DNA of 64,000 nt from Octopus sinensis (Eukaryota). Within the stretch, counting starts at the first letter, position 1; every line of letters starts with the position of its first letter. Position numbers and translations under genes: made by a program. The DNA lies in the NCBI RefSeq assembly GCF_006345805.1, contig NC_043023.1, positions 11,718,001-11,782,000 on the forward strand, written 5' to 3'. Shown here in pieces: positions 37,564 to 53,245 of this stretch. The notes below the pieces were generated by a model, which worked only from the letters and a program-made list of their open reading frames with translations, had not been told where the DNA came from and did not search any database.

Positions 37564-37810
37564 GGTACTACTAGCGAACAGTGGTCCCGGTGCGCGCACA
37601 CGCGTACTCGCGCTAGCTAGTCATGACCAGTCGATCCTTAATTTGTGTTTTCTGTTTTATTACCTTTGTTTAACAAAAATTATTTACTTCGTGTAAAAAA
37701 TTGTTTATTTTGTGTTTTATTTACTATATTACGTAGTCGTCGTAGGATCCACTAGTCACGACTAGCTAGCGCGGATGCGCACACCAGGACCACTGTTCGC
37801 TAGTAGTACC
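37564..37810. mobile_element. Merlin-like MITE
   Basis: TIR GGTACTACTAGCGAACAGTGGTCC; 9-bp TSD aacacaaat. Confidence 0.8.
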
Positions 37811-37947
37811 AACACAAATAGCCGACAAATACGTGGCTAGCGATAATCGCTTCAATACAACAAAACACAACTTTTAACGGACACAATTTGCAAGAGGAAT
37901 AACGACCTCCCATACAAAACGGAAGGGACTACACACAAACAGTATGT

Positions 37948-38326
37948 GGTACTACTAGCGAACAGTGGTCCCGGTGCGTGCATCCGTGCTAGCTAGTCGT
38001 AAATAGTCAATCCTACGACTTGCGCGTATGTTTGTATTTCAAGACTGAATACATATCAAAGAATAATTATATAATATTTTTCGAACAAAGTAAATAATTT
38101 TTTAAACTAAGAAAACAAATTATTTTTATAAACAAACTAAGGTTTAGGGTTAAAAAGTCGTAGGATCGACTACTTACGACTAGCTAGCCCGAGTGCGCGC
38201 ACCGGGACCATTGTTCGCTAGTAGTACTAGGTTTAGGGTTAGGGTTAAAAAGTCGTTGTAGGATCGACTATTTACGACTAGCTAGCGCGATTGCGTGCAC
38301 CGGGACCACTGTTCGCTAGTAGTACC
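37948..38326. mobile_element. Merlin-like MITE with duplicated right end
   Basis: Same TIR; TSD cagtatgt/cagcatgt; extra right TIR ending ~38227. Confidence 0.75.
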
Positions 38327-38815
38327 CAGCATGTTACATTCACCTTATTTTACTAATTAATCCTCATTTTATGTGCCTAAGAAATATACAGAATTTGTTG
38401 TCACAATTTTTTTCGGAGAAGTTCGAGTCCAGAAGAATTTCAGGTAAATTTTGATATTTTCACCCACAAGATTTTCATAAAGAGAAACAAAAAAATAACT
38501 CAGATTTTTTGCATGGAATCATGTACCCTGACCTCGCAGTGTGCTGCAAACTCCTTATTTTTGCTTGGAAAAAGTGGGGCAGACACCCCACCTCGGTATC
38601 ATTAGAAATATATATTTTTTACATTGGATGACGATGATGATGATGATATCATCATCATCATTTAGCGTCCGTTTTCCATGCTAGCATGGGTTGGACGGTT
38701 CTACTGGGGTCTGTGAAGCCAGAAGGCTTCATCAGGCCCAGTCAAATCTGGCAGTGTTTCTACGGCTGGATGCCCTTCCTAACGCCAACCACTCCGTGAG
38801 TGTAGGATGATATAT

Positions 38816-38849
<34 letters not shown>

Positions 38850-39408
38850 ACACATATATGTGTGTGCATACACACACATATATTTGAAGCACACAGCATA
38901 AACTCTATTAGGAGAATACACCCAAAGAAACCCAAACAAATCAGATTGGAACCTAGTGCAGCATTATGGTTTGCTAGCTCATGTCACACTGTGCCACCCA
39001 TGCCAGTAAAAAAAAAAAATTCACTAAAGGATGATGATGATAACAGCGACAATGATGAAAACACATAGACAAAATCAACTTCAGTGTAACCTTTTATTCG
39101 TTATTCCCATTTCTTTATTCTCTCATAACAAATTGCTCAAAAATCCAGAGCAATCATCTTCAGAAATCAAAGGCATTGTTGATATACTTCCATATATATA
39201 CATGACATTCATGAATTTGATGTTGAGATTATTGAAAATGAAGTCGATAACATCATATTTGAAGAGATAAAAATAGCCCTGTCTTTCAGCAGAAAAAAAT
39301 AGCCATAAATGTTGTAATAAAGATTAATCCTGAATGGTTGCACTTTTGTGTGAATACTCACATGTACTTAAATGGCGTTTTTGAGAGAATGATTTACCCT
39401 AGATATCA

Positions 39409-39816
<408 letters not shown>

Positions 39817-41568
39817 CTATGGCTTTTCTCCTGTATGAACACGCTTGTGCTTATTCAAGTGACCACTTACAATAAATGATTTACCACAGATATCACAATG
39901 ATATGGCTTCTCTCCTGTATGAATACGTTTATGTCGAGTTAAAGTGCCATTATCAGAAAATGATTTGCCACAGATATCACAAGGATGAGGTTTCTCTCCT
40001 GTATGTGTGAATGTGTGTCGAGTCAAGGCAATCCTTTGAGAGAATGATCTACCACAGATATCACAATGAAATGGCTTCTCTCCTGTATGAACACGTTTAT
40101 GGACAGTCAAGCCACTATTCCAAGAGAAGGATTTACCACAGATATCACAATGATATGGTTTTTCCCGATTATGCATGCATTTATGTCTACGCAATTGACT
40201 ACTTTGAGAGAATGGTTTACCACAGATATCACAATGATATGGCTTCTCTCCTGTATGAATAGGTTTATGTTGAGTTAAATTGCTATTAAAAGAAAATGAT
40301 TTACCACAGATATCACAACGATATGGCTTTTCTCCTGTATGAACACGCTTGTGCTTATTCAAATGACCACTTTCAATAAATGATTTACCACAGATATCAC
40401 AATGATATGGCTTCTCTCCTGTATGAATAGGTTTATGTCGAGTTAAAGTGCCATTATCAGAAAATGATTTGCCACAGATATCACAAGGATGAGGTTTCTC
40501 TCCTGTATGTGTGAATGTGTGTTGAGAAAAGGCAATCCTTTGAGAGAATGATCTACCACAGATATCACAATGAAATGGCCTCTCTCCTGTATGAACACGT
40601 TTATGGACACTCAAGCCACTATTCCAAGAGAAGGATTTACCACAGATATCACAATGATATGGCTTCTCTCCTGTATGAATAGGTTTATGTCGAGTTAAAG
40701 TGCCATTATCAGAAAATGATTTGCCACAGATATCACAAGGATGAGGTTTCTCTCCTGTATGTGTGAATGTGTGTTGAGTCAAGGCAATCCTTTGAGAGAA
40801 TGATCTACCACAGATATCACAATGAAATGGCCTCTCTCCTGTATGAACACGTTTATGGACACTCAAGCCACTATTCCAAGAGAAGGATTTACCACAGATA
40901 TCACAATGATATGGCTTCTCTCCTGTATGAATAGGTTTATGTCGAGTTAAAGTGCCATTATCAGAAAATGATTTGCCACAGATATCACAAGGATGAGGTT
41001 TCTCTCCTGTATGTGTGAATGTGTGTTGAGTCAAGGCAATCCTTTGAGAGAATGATCTACCACAGATATCACAATGAAATGGCTTCTCTCCTGTATGAAT
41101 ACGTTTATGTTGAGTTAAAGTGCTATTGTGAGAAAATGATTTGCCACAGATATCACAATGATATGGTTTCTCTCCAGTGTGAACGCGCCGGTGTTTAGTT
41201 AAGATATAACTTCGAGAGAATGTTATACCACAGATACCACAATGGTATGGTCTTTCCCCAGTATGAAGACGTTTATGTCTAGTCAATAGACTATTACAAG
41301 AAAATGATTTGCCACAAATATCACAGTGATATGGTTTTTCCCCAGTATGAATACGTTTATGTTGAGTTAAAGCGCTATTATCAGAAAATGATTTACCACA
41401 GATATTACAATGATATGGCTTCTCTCCTGTATGAACACGCTTGTGAATAGTCAATTGACTCCTTTGAGAAAATGGTTTGCCACAAATATCACAATGATAT
41501 GGTTTCTCTCTTGTATTAGGGTTTTTAGGTTCAGTTGAATTATTCATTATGACAGGATAATTTGTCAT
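39817..41568 (-). CDS. ZNF-D1: 20-finger C2H2 protein (~583 aa), with 4 more in-frame fingers after the TAG
   Basis: First ATG 41568 (MTNYPVIMNNSTEPKNPNTREKPY); open to TAG 39819-39817; same frame continues to ~39490. Confidence 0.85.
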   Translation of the reverse strand: MTNYPVIMNNSTEPKNPNTREKPYHCDICGKPFSQRSQLTIHKRVHTGEKPYHCNICGKSFSDNSALTQHKRIHTGEKPYHCDICGKSFSCNSLLTRHKRLHTGERPYHCGICGITFSRSYILTKHRRVHTGEKPYHCDICGKSFSHNSTLTQHKRIHTGEKPFHCDICGRSFSQRIALTQHTFTHTGEKPHPCDICGKSFSDNGTLTRHKPIHTGEKPYHCDICGKSFSWNSGLSVHKRVHTGERPFHCDICGRSFSQRIALTQHTFTHTGEKPHPCDICGKSFSDNGTLTRHKPIHTGEKPYHCDICGKSFSWNSGLSVHKRVHTGERPFHCDICGRSFSQRIAFSQHTFTHTGEKPHPCDICGKSFSDNGTLTRHKPIHTGEKPYHCDICGKSFIESGHLNKHKRVHTGEKPYRCDICGKSFSFNSNLTQHKPIHTGEKPYHCDICGKPFSQSSQLRRHKCMHNREKPYHCDICGKSFSWNSGLTVHKRVHTGEKPFHCDICGRSFSQRIALTRHTFTHTGEKPHPCDICGKSFSDNGTLTRHKRIHTGEKPYHCDICGKSFIVSGHLNKHKRVHTGEKP

Positions 41569-42280
41569 ATATATCACAATAATATTGCTTTTTTCCTTTC
41601 TATGAATATGTTTGTGTCCATTTGCATAACTATTTTCAGGGAATAATTTAATGCTATGTTTCTTTCATCTGTGATCTTACTTAATACCTAAATCAACAGG
41701 TGAAAACTGTCAACTCTTTTGTAAAGTTATCCAAACTTGTAAAGCAATCACCTCCTCTACATTCCAGGCAGTGAAGACAAGAAAAATATTCTGCTGTTGT
41801 TTGTCATAGATTATATTTATATAGAAACGTTGATGTATAGATGAAGGCTCCTTATAAATATATCGTCTTCATTAGTTGATGAAAGTTGATAAAAATATCA
41901 GAGACACATCTGAATGAAGTAATTCCTTTTATGTCAACATGATGTGATATTCTGAAATAAAAAAAGAAACAGTAAGATAAAGAGGATAGTTAAGTGACAT
42001 AGTAATTCAAGATTGTAAATATTACAACATGAACACTGTCAGCCATTTAATGTCAAAGTTTACAGGGGTCAGAGTTCATTGAGGCGTTGAAACATTGGTA
42101 TACCCACACAAGTTTACTACACACTTCACCTTTACCTTTCGAAAAAATGTTTGATTTAAGACTTCATGTTGCTGACCAGAATTCCCTTCTCTGGACCAGC
42201 TCGCTAGCTAGCCAGCAGTGAAGGTCCCTGTCTTCATGTTGTCTATGATGAGCCCATGGTCAGTGTCCTACACATCATTA

Positions 42281-43008
42281 GGTTCTTTTCGCTTTGACCG
42301 GCAGATTTTTAAAATAAATTCTATGTAACTAAACAATTTTAAACTTCCTATACTGGTAGAATGTGTTTATAAAGCATCTTTTTCTCTTGGCTTTCTTGAG
42401 AAAATTCTGTAGTTTGTAACATATTTGTTGCTTAATTTCTTGCATTTCGGCAATTACAACCAATCAAAGACGTCTATTGAGGCGAAAACGATTTCTGCCG
42501 TGACATTTACTGGCGGCGTCATATGAAAATGTCCCTGTTTTTTTATGAGAAAAAAGATACCCTTCGGTTATAAACTAAGGGTTCACTCGTAAACAGAGCT
42601 GGATAACAAAACCGTTCCCTCTTTAGTGTTCACTAATAATTATGACACTAGTATCGATCTAGTGCATTTCAATCTGTTTTAGCGTTAGGGTTAGGGGCAA
42701 AGGTATCTTTTTTTCTTCAGAAATCTAAATAAACCCAATCTGTTTCTTAAACGAATATATATGTAACAGGGACGTTTTCGTATAACGCCGCCAGAAATCG
42801 CTTTCACCTCAATAAACGTCATTGAGTGGTTGAAATTGCCGAAATGCAAAATATTAAACAACATATATGTTACAAACTACAGAATTTTCTCAAGAAAGCC
42901 AAGAGAAAAATATGTTTTTTAAGCACATTCTACCAGTATACGAAGTTTTAAATTTTATAGTTACATAGAAATTATTTTAAAAATCTGCCAGTCAAAGTGA
43001 AAAGATCG
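42281..43008. mobile_element. MITE with ~250-bp TIRs in the ZNF-D intron (copies at ~51397-52123 and ~60356-61083)
   Basis: Arms tcttttcgctttgaccggcag...gtccctgt / acagggac...ctgccagtcaaagtgaaaaga; 8-bp TSD catcatta (42273-42280, 43009-43016). Confidence 0.8.
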
Positions 43009-43780
43009 CATCATTACTCTCAAACTTCAAATCACATCAAGGTCGCCTTTCATCATTTCCAGGTAGAAAAATAAGAAGCAATCAAGTACTAGGGTCCATG
43101 TAATTCACTTATGCCTTCCCGCCAATTTTCAGGTCAAAAGCACAAATGATTATTGTCTTAATAATCAAAAGATTACTATTATCATCATCATTTTTATTTT
43201 CTTCACATGGAATGGAATGAAATACAAAGCCAACCTCGGCGGAAAGTCCTGAGTTCAAATACGGATGAGATCGACTTTGTCTTTCATCTCTTCCGGGAAA
43301 AAACCGGGACCCATGCAATCGACTAGTCGCTCGTATTAAAGATTGCTGACTCTGAGCCAGTTTTCAAATCATCATCATCATTACTATTATTAATATAACA
43401 TTAGAGTAAATCTTTATCAACTTACCGTTTTATCAATGCCTCATAAACAACAGGATAACATATATTAATGTGGAATTCTTCAATCGGACTCCTCACATTC
43501 TACTAATTAATTACGCTGTTTTATTCTCACTTTACCAATTAATTTCAGTTCTATCGCATGTAACAGTCGGTCATAGTATTTTATAAACAACAAATCAACA
43601 TTTCAGCTTCAAAGTTATTAATTAAGTCAAAGAAATATATTTTCCTAATTATTGTCAGGTTCCCGCTTCGAAAAATTATTACTGTAACATCGAGAGGTTC
43701 ACAGAATTCTATTATTGACATTATTATTAGTAGTATTATCAACACTATTACAGCCTTAAAGTAAATCTTTATCAACTTAC

Positions 43781-44130
43781 CGTATTCACAAATAAGCAAC
43801 GAGTCAGTGATCAGTAATTAAGCACCTTAATTAATAATTGAGAAGAACCGAGGTGTTGTAGAAATTATTTTCCTTGATATGATTGTCTTTCTTTAATTCC
43901 CCAATAAATGGCGCTTCGTTCCTGGGTTTTCCTTTGTTCTTTCTACTCTGCAAACGTTACCAGCACACGAAATAACCGCGCTGCTGATACTGGATGGAAG
44001 ATGTCGTCTTTAACCCGTCCCTTCCTGACGTCACGTCATTTTCGTGGCCCCTTTCTTTCCATTCCTGACGTCACTTCCTCTCCTTTCCGGTCCTTTTCCT
44101 TCCCCTTAACTCCACGCGGATTTCACGATA
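43781..44130 (-). promoter_or_regulatory. Candidate ZNF-D1 promoter and first exon
   Basis: CpG-rich; two TGACGTCA (44026-44033, 44066-44073) each abutting GGAAG; CCGGAA at ~44085; donor ACG|GTAAGT at 43781/43780. Confidence 0.55.
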
Positions 44131-44140
44131 ACTGCTCCTC

Positions 44141-44580
44141 GGTACTACTTAAGAAGAGTGGTCTCGGTGCGCGCACTCGCGTATTCGTGTATCCGCGCTT
44201 GCTAGTCGTGACTAGTCGATCCTTTGTGTTTTATTTACTTTGTTAAAAAAATTATTTACTCTGTTCATGTGGACGATCCTTCGGTATAAGTACACACGTG
44301 GCTTTGTTTATATTTCTGAAGATAACAGAAACCCTTTTCTCCCACCCCTAACACAAACCCTAACCGTAACCTTAACCCTAAACCCCCATATATATATATA
44401 AAAAACACTTTCTCGAAATGTATCCGGTACTTATACAGAAGTTATTATTTACTTTGTGTAAAAAAATTATTAATTTTGTGATTTATTTACTCTGCTAGGT
44501 AGTCGTAGGATCGACTAGTCACGACTAGCTAGCTACGATGCGTGAGTGCGCACACCGGGACCACTCTTCTTAAGTAGTAC
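44141..44580. mobile_element. Merlin-like MITE (copy at 53256-53695)
   Basis: GGTACTACTTAAGAAGAGTGG ... CCACTCTTCTTAAGTAGTAC; internal CCCTAA motifs; no TSD seen. Confidence 0.7.
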
Positions 44581-45080
44581 TAGGGATTACGGGGAAACAA
44601 TCGGCGCAATAATTCCCCTCCCCTCATTTCCTTGCATGCAATACTTCGCTATGTGCCCAGGTTGGCCACATCGTTAATACACCACCATTTGCTTTGGATC
44701 TGTGCGTTCCCTAAGCATGTACGGAAGGCGACATCTAAAGTATTTGTCCCTGAACCGTGCCCCTCTTAGACTCCCGGGCTTACTTTCCATGCGGGTGACC
44801 CATCTGTGTACGTAACCTTCAGAATCTCTTCAAGTTTTTTTACTTTCTCTTGGTCCTCTTTGTCCACTGCCTTCTGAGTGCAGCAGCACAAGGCTACCCA
44901 CACCTTCTGTACACTGCAGCTTCGTCTGAATATGTAACCGTGCGATCTTCAGCGACAGTTCTTATGGAATAAAATATGGTGACTGAATAGAGGAATCAGG
45001 TTTGTGGTCGCAGGGAAAAGCATGATGAAACGAATCAAGCTGGGGATACGTTGAGAGTTATATTTCTTGGCATTACTTAG

Positions 45081-45299
45081 GGCGGCGAGCTGGCAGAGAC
45101 GTTAGCACGCCAGGCGAAGTACTTCGCCCGTTGCTACGTTCTGAGTTCGAATTCCGCCGAGGTCGACTTTGCCTTTCATCCTTTCGGGGTCGATAAATTA
45201 AGTACCAGTTACGCACTGGGGTCGATGTAATCGACTTAATCCGTTTGTCTGTCCTCGTTTGTCCCCTCTATGTTTAGCCCCTTGTGGGTAATAAAGAAA
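45081..45299 (+). mobile_element. SINE family B (copy at 54196-54414)
   Basis: Head, B-box and tail as at 6433. Confidence 0.85.
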
Positions 45300-45736
45300 C
45301 ATATATTTCTTGGTATGCATGTGATTGCTGGGTTTCAAAAAAAAAAGCTTAGCTGGACAGCTGTCTTAGAGAAGTTCCTTGATGCAATCCCATGGTCATT
45401 CATGGCCATTGTCATTTAGATATATATATATACACACACACACAGAAACATATGATTTTTTTCTTGGTGTATTATGGGTGAATTAGCCTATGTACATAGG
45501 TCCATAAATATGTAGAATCTTACCTGAACATCTACTTTGGAAAAGTTTCTCCATGCAATCCCATGGACATTCATGACGAAAGGGTGCCTTTACCCATTGT
45601 CCTTTATATAAATATATATACCTATATATACATACATATACACAAATATATATACATACATATATATATATATACATACACATACATAAACATACACATA
45701 TATATATATAGAAATATATATACATACATATATACA

Positions 45737-46505
45737 AATCATCATCATCATCATTATCGTTTAACGTCCGTTTTCCGCACTCGCACGGGTTGGACGGTTC
45801 AACCGGGGTCTGGGAAGCCAGGGACTGCACCAGGATCCAGTCTGATCTGGCAGAGTTTCTACAGCTGGATGCCCTTCCTAACGCCAACCACTCCGCGAGT
45901 GTAGTGGGTGCTTTTTACGTGCCACCTGCACAGGTCCCAGGGGGGTCCGGCATCAGCCACAATCGGTTGGAGCTTTTAACGTGCCACCGGCACAGAAGCC
46001 AATCGAGGCAGCGCTGGCAACGGCCACGTTCGGATGGTGCTTTTTATGTGCCACCGGCACAGGTATCACAACTACTATTTCCATTGATATTTATTTCGAT
46101 GTTCATGTTCATGTACTTGACTCAACAGGTCTCCTCAAGCACAGCGGGACGTTCTGGAATCCAGGGTACTTTGAATGGCTATGCGGAACTGGTGCAGGAA
46201 GCAGCCCGGGTATTTGCAGTCACAGCATATCTCCAGAGATCTCGGTCCTTCGCCATTGCCTCAGTGAGGCCCAACGCTCTGAGGTCATGCTTGACTACCT
46301 CATCCCATGTTTTCCTGGGCCTACCTCTCCCCTGATACCTTCAACTGTTTGGGAGTGGCACTTCTTCACACATCTCTCCTCATCCATCCGCAGTACATGA
46401 CCATACCATCGCAAGCGTCGCTCTTGCACACCACATCTGATGCTTCTTCTGTCCAGCATTTCTCTCAGGGTGCTTACACTCTGTCGTGCGTGCACACTGA
46501 CATAT
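45737..46505 (-). mobile_element. RTE LINE 3' fragment (copy at ~54856-55620)
   Basis: LREMLDRRSIRCGVQERRLRWYGHVLRMDEERCVKKCH plus 3' UTR and (ATG)n tail. Confidence 0.85.
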
Positions 46506-47176
46506 ATATATATACACACATATATACAAATATATACAAATATATATATATATATATATACATATATACACACACATACATACAATATAATTCACACTCT
46601 TTTTGTTTCTCTTTACTCTTGCCTGCACAGTCTAAGGTCACGATGTTTGCTGGGAGGCGATTTATGCTAGAGTAACACAGACCACACAACTCCCCCACCA
46701 CAAACATCATAAATATCTTCATTCTTTGGTTCCATGGTAATTGTCACATTATCTATTTTATAGTTTTTCCTATTTTCCGTTGTCGCTGGTGAAGATCGTC
46801 TGGTGGGCAAATAAATTTTCACCCATCAGACTAATTTTAGTACCAGTGGAACCGTTTGTACTGACTGGCCATGAGATGTGTCGAAGAGTTTTCTTTGTCA
46901 TCTAATAAATTTTTTATATATATATATATATATAAGTATATGAAAGAATGGAGTTGAACGACTAGTTAACAAATATCCTTTATTCTCGACATAAGATAAT
47001 TCATTCAATTACTCAAATATATATATATATACACATATAGATAGAGATAATGGTGTCATTGAGACCCAAATGTGTTAGGTAAGGCTGAATAAGTGCTATA
47101 GACAGACCATAGTTAAGTTCCAGATTCAGTAATATTGCAAATAAAGGGTTCAACGTTGGTTCTATCTCAGCGTGTG

Positions 47177-47416
47177 TATATAAGAATTTTTTGCGTAATA
47201 ACATAAAAAACCAAAGCTGTATAGATATTAGAGCATTTATAGATAGGTCTTACAGCTGTTTCTAGGATATCAATTAATTTTTCCTCTCACACCGTCTACG
47301 ATGAAGGGATATTATTAATTAATATCCTAGAAACAGCTGTAAGACCTATCTATAAATGCTCTAATATCTATACAGACTTGGTTTTTTATCTTATTACGCA
47401 AAAAATTCTTTATATA
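47177..47416. repeat. ~100-bp-arm inverted repeat containing a hammerhead-like motif (copy at 56304-56543)
   Basis: Arms near-perfect; + strand gtct ACGATGA agggatatt..aatatccta GAAA cagctg TA agac (47294-47345). Confidence 0.75.
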
Positions 47417-47621
47417 TTCTATATATGTTTCTTTATTGCCCACAGGGGGCTAAACACAGAGAGGACAAATAAGGACAAATGGATTAAGTCAATTACATCA
47501 ACCCCAATGCGTAAACAATCAAGAAGGATAATTATTAGGGGCCGTTAGGCGAAGACAAATTGTAATGGGCAAAACCTGGGAGAAATTTTGAAAGGATATA
47601 TATATATGTATGTATATGCAT

Positions 47622-47656
<35 letters not shown>

Positions 47657-48187
47657 AAGCACACAGCATAATCTTTAAACTGGTTAGAATTAGGACAACA
47701 CACCTAAAGAAACCCAAACAAATCAGACTGGAACCTAGTGCAGCATTTTGGTTTGCCAGCTCATGTCACACTGTGCCGCCCATGCCAGTAAAAACAAAAA
47801 TTTCACTAAATGATAATGATGATAACAGCGACAATGATGAAAACACATAGACAAAATCAACTTCAGTGTAACCTTTTATTCATTATTCCCATTTCTTTAT
47901 TCTCTCAAAACAAATTGCTCAAAAATCAAGAGCAATCATCTTCAGAAATCAAAGGCATTGTTGATATACTTCCATATATATACATGACATTCATGAATTT
48001 GATGTTGACATTATTGAAATTGAAGTCAATAACATCATATTTGAAGAGATAAAAATAGCCCAGTGTTTCAACAGGAAAAAACAGCCATAATTGTTATAAT
48101 AAAGATTAATACTGAATGGTTGCACTTTTGTGTGAATACTCACATGTACTTAAATGGCGTTTTTGAGAGAATGATTTACCCTAGATA

Positions 48188-50685
<2,498 letters not shown>

Positions 50686-52895
50686 ATATATCACAATAAT
50701 ATTGCTTTTTTCCTTTCTATGAATATGTTTGTGTTCATTTGCATCACTTTTTTAGAGAATAATTCAATGCTATGTTTCTTTCATCTGTGATCTTACTTAA
50801 TACCTAAATCAACAGGTGAAAACTGTCAACTCTTTTGTAAAGTTATCCAAACTTGTAAAGCAATCACCTCCTCTACATTCCAGACAGTGAAGACAAGAAA
50901 AATATTCTGCTGTTGTTTGTCATAGATTATATTTATATAGAAACGTTGATGTATAGATGAAGGCTCCTTATAAATATATCGTCTTCATTAGTTGATGAAA
51001 GTTGATAAAAATATCAGAGGCACATCTGAATGAAGTAATTCCTTTTATGTCAACATGATGTGATATTCTGAAATAAAAAAAGAAACAGTAAGATAAAGAG
51101 GATAGTTAAGTGACATAGTAATTCAAGATTGTAAATATTACAACATGAACACTGTCAGCCATTTAATGTCAAAGTTTACAGGGGTCAGAGTTCATTGAGG
51201 CGTTGAAACATTGGTATACCCACACAAGTTTACTACACACTTCACCTTTACCTTTCGGAAAAATGTTTGATTTAAGACTTCATGTTGCTGACCGGAATTC
51301 CCTTCTCTGGACCAGCTCGCTAGCTAGCCAGCAGTGAAGGTCCCTGTCTTCATGTTGTCTATGATGAGCCCATGGTCAGTGTCCTACACATCATTAGGTT
51401 CTTTTCGCTTTGACCGGCAGATTTTTAAAATAAATTCTATGTAACTAAACAATTTTAAACTTCCTATACTGGTAGAATGTGTTTATAAAGCATCTTTTTC
51501 TCTTGGCTTTCTTGAGAAAATTCTGTAGTTTGTAACATATTTGTTGCTTAATTTCTTGCATTTCGGCAATTACAACCAATCAAAGACGTCTATTGAGGCG
51601 AAAACGATTTCTGCCGTGACATTTACTGGCGGCGTCACATGAAAATGTCCCTGTTTTTTTATGAGAAAAAAGATACCCTTCGGTTATAAACTAAGGGTTC
51701 ACTCGTAAACAGAGCTGGATAACAAAACCGTTCCCTCTTTAGTGTTCACTAATAATTATGACCTAGTATCGATCTATTGCATTTCAATCTGTTTTAGCGT
51801 TAGGGTTAGGGGCAAAGGTATCTTTTTTTCTTCAAAAATCTAAATAAACCCAATCTGTTTCTTAAACGAATATATATGTAACAGGGACGTTTTCGTATAA
51901 CGCCGCCAGAAATCGCTTTCACCTCAATAAACGTCATTGAGTGGTTGAAATTGCCGAAATGCAAAATATTAAACAACATATATGTTACAAACTACAGAAT
52001 TTTCTCAAGAAAGCCAAGAGAAAAATATGTTTTTTAAGCACATTCTACCAGTATACGAAGTTTTAAATTTTATAGTTACATAGAAATTATTTTAAAAATC
52101 TGCCAGTCAAAGTGAAAAGATCGCATCATTACTCTCAAACTTCAAATCACATCAAGGTCGCCTTTCATCATTTCCAGGTAGAAAAATAAGAAGCAATCAA
52201 GTACTAGGGTCCATGTAATTCACTTATGCCTTCCCGCCAATTTTCAGGTCAAAAGCACAAATGATTATTGTCTTAATAATCAAAAGATTACTATTATCAT
52301 CATCATTTTTATTTTCTTCACACGGAATGGAATGAAATACAAAGCCAACCTCGGCGGAAAGTCCTGAGTTCAAATACGGATGAGATCGACTTTGTCTTTC
52401 ATCTCTTCCGGGAAAAAACCGGGACCCATGCAATCGACTTGTCGCTCGTATTAAAGATTGCTTACTCTGAGCCAGTTTTCAAATCATCATCATCATTACT
52501 ATTATTAATATAACATTAGAGTAAATCTTTATCAACTTACCGTTTTATCAATGCCTCATAAACAACAGGATAACATATATTAATGTGGAATTCTTCAATC
52601 GGACTCCTCACATTCTACTAATTAATTACGCTGTTTTATTCTCACTTTACCAATTAATTTCAGTTCTATCGCATGTAACAGTCGGTCATAGTATTTTATA
52701 AACAACAAATCAACATTTCAGCTTCAAAGTTATTAATTAAGTCAAAGAAATATATTTTCCTAATTATTGTCAGGTTCCCGCTTCGAAAAATTATTACTGT
52801 AACATCGAGAGGTTCACAGAATTCTATTATTGACATTATTATTAGTAGTATTATCAACACTATTACAGCCTTAAAGTAAATCTTTATCAACTTAC

Positions 52896-53245
52896 CGTAT
52901 TCACAAATAAGCAACGAGTCAGTGATCAGTAATTAAGCACCTTAATTAATAATTGAGAAGAACCGAGGTGTTGTAGAAATTATTTTCCTTGATATGATTG
53001 TCTTTCTTTAATTCCCCAATAAATGGCGCTTCGTTCCTGGGTTTTCCTTTGTTCTTTCTACTCTGCAAACGTTACCAGCACACGAAATAACCGCGCTGCT
53101 GATACTGGATGGAAGATGTCGTCTTTAACCCGTCCCTTCCTGACGTCACGTCATTTTCGTGGCCCCTTTCTTTCCATTCCTGACGTCACTTCCTCTCCTT
53201 TCCGGTCCTTTTCCTTCCCCTTAACTCCACGCGGATTTCACGATA
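52896..53245 (-). promoter_or_regulatory. Candidate ZNF-D2 promoter and first exon
   Basis: Copy of 43781-44130; TGACGTCA at 53141-53148 and 53181-53188. Confidence 0.5.

Noticed and set aside
43109-44246. Repeated ORFs 43109-43318, 43581-43799 and 43908-44246 as conserved small genes
   Set aside because: They recur only because of the segmental duplication; they overlap a degenerate SINE, AT-rich intron and promoter/MITE sequence
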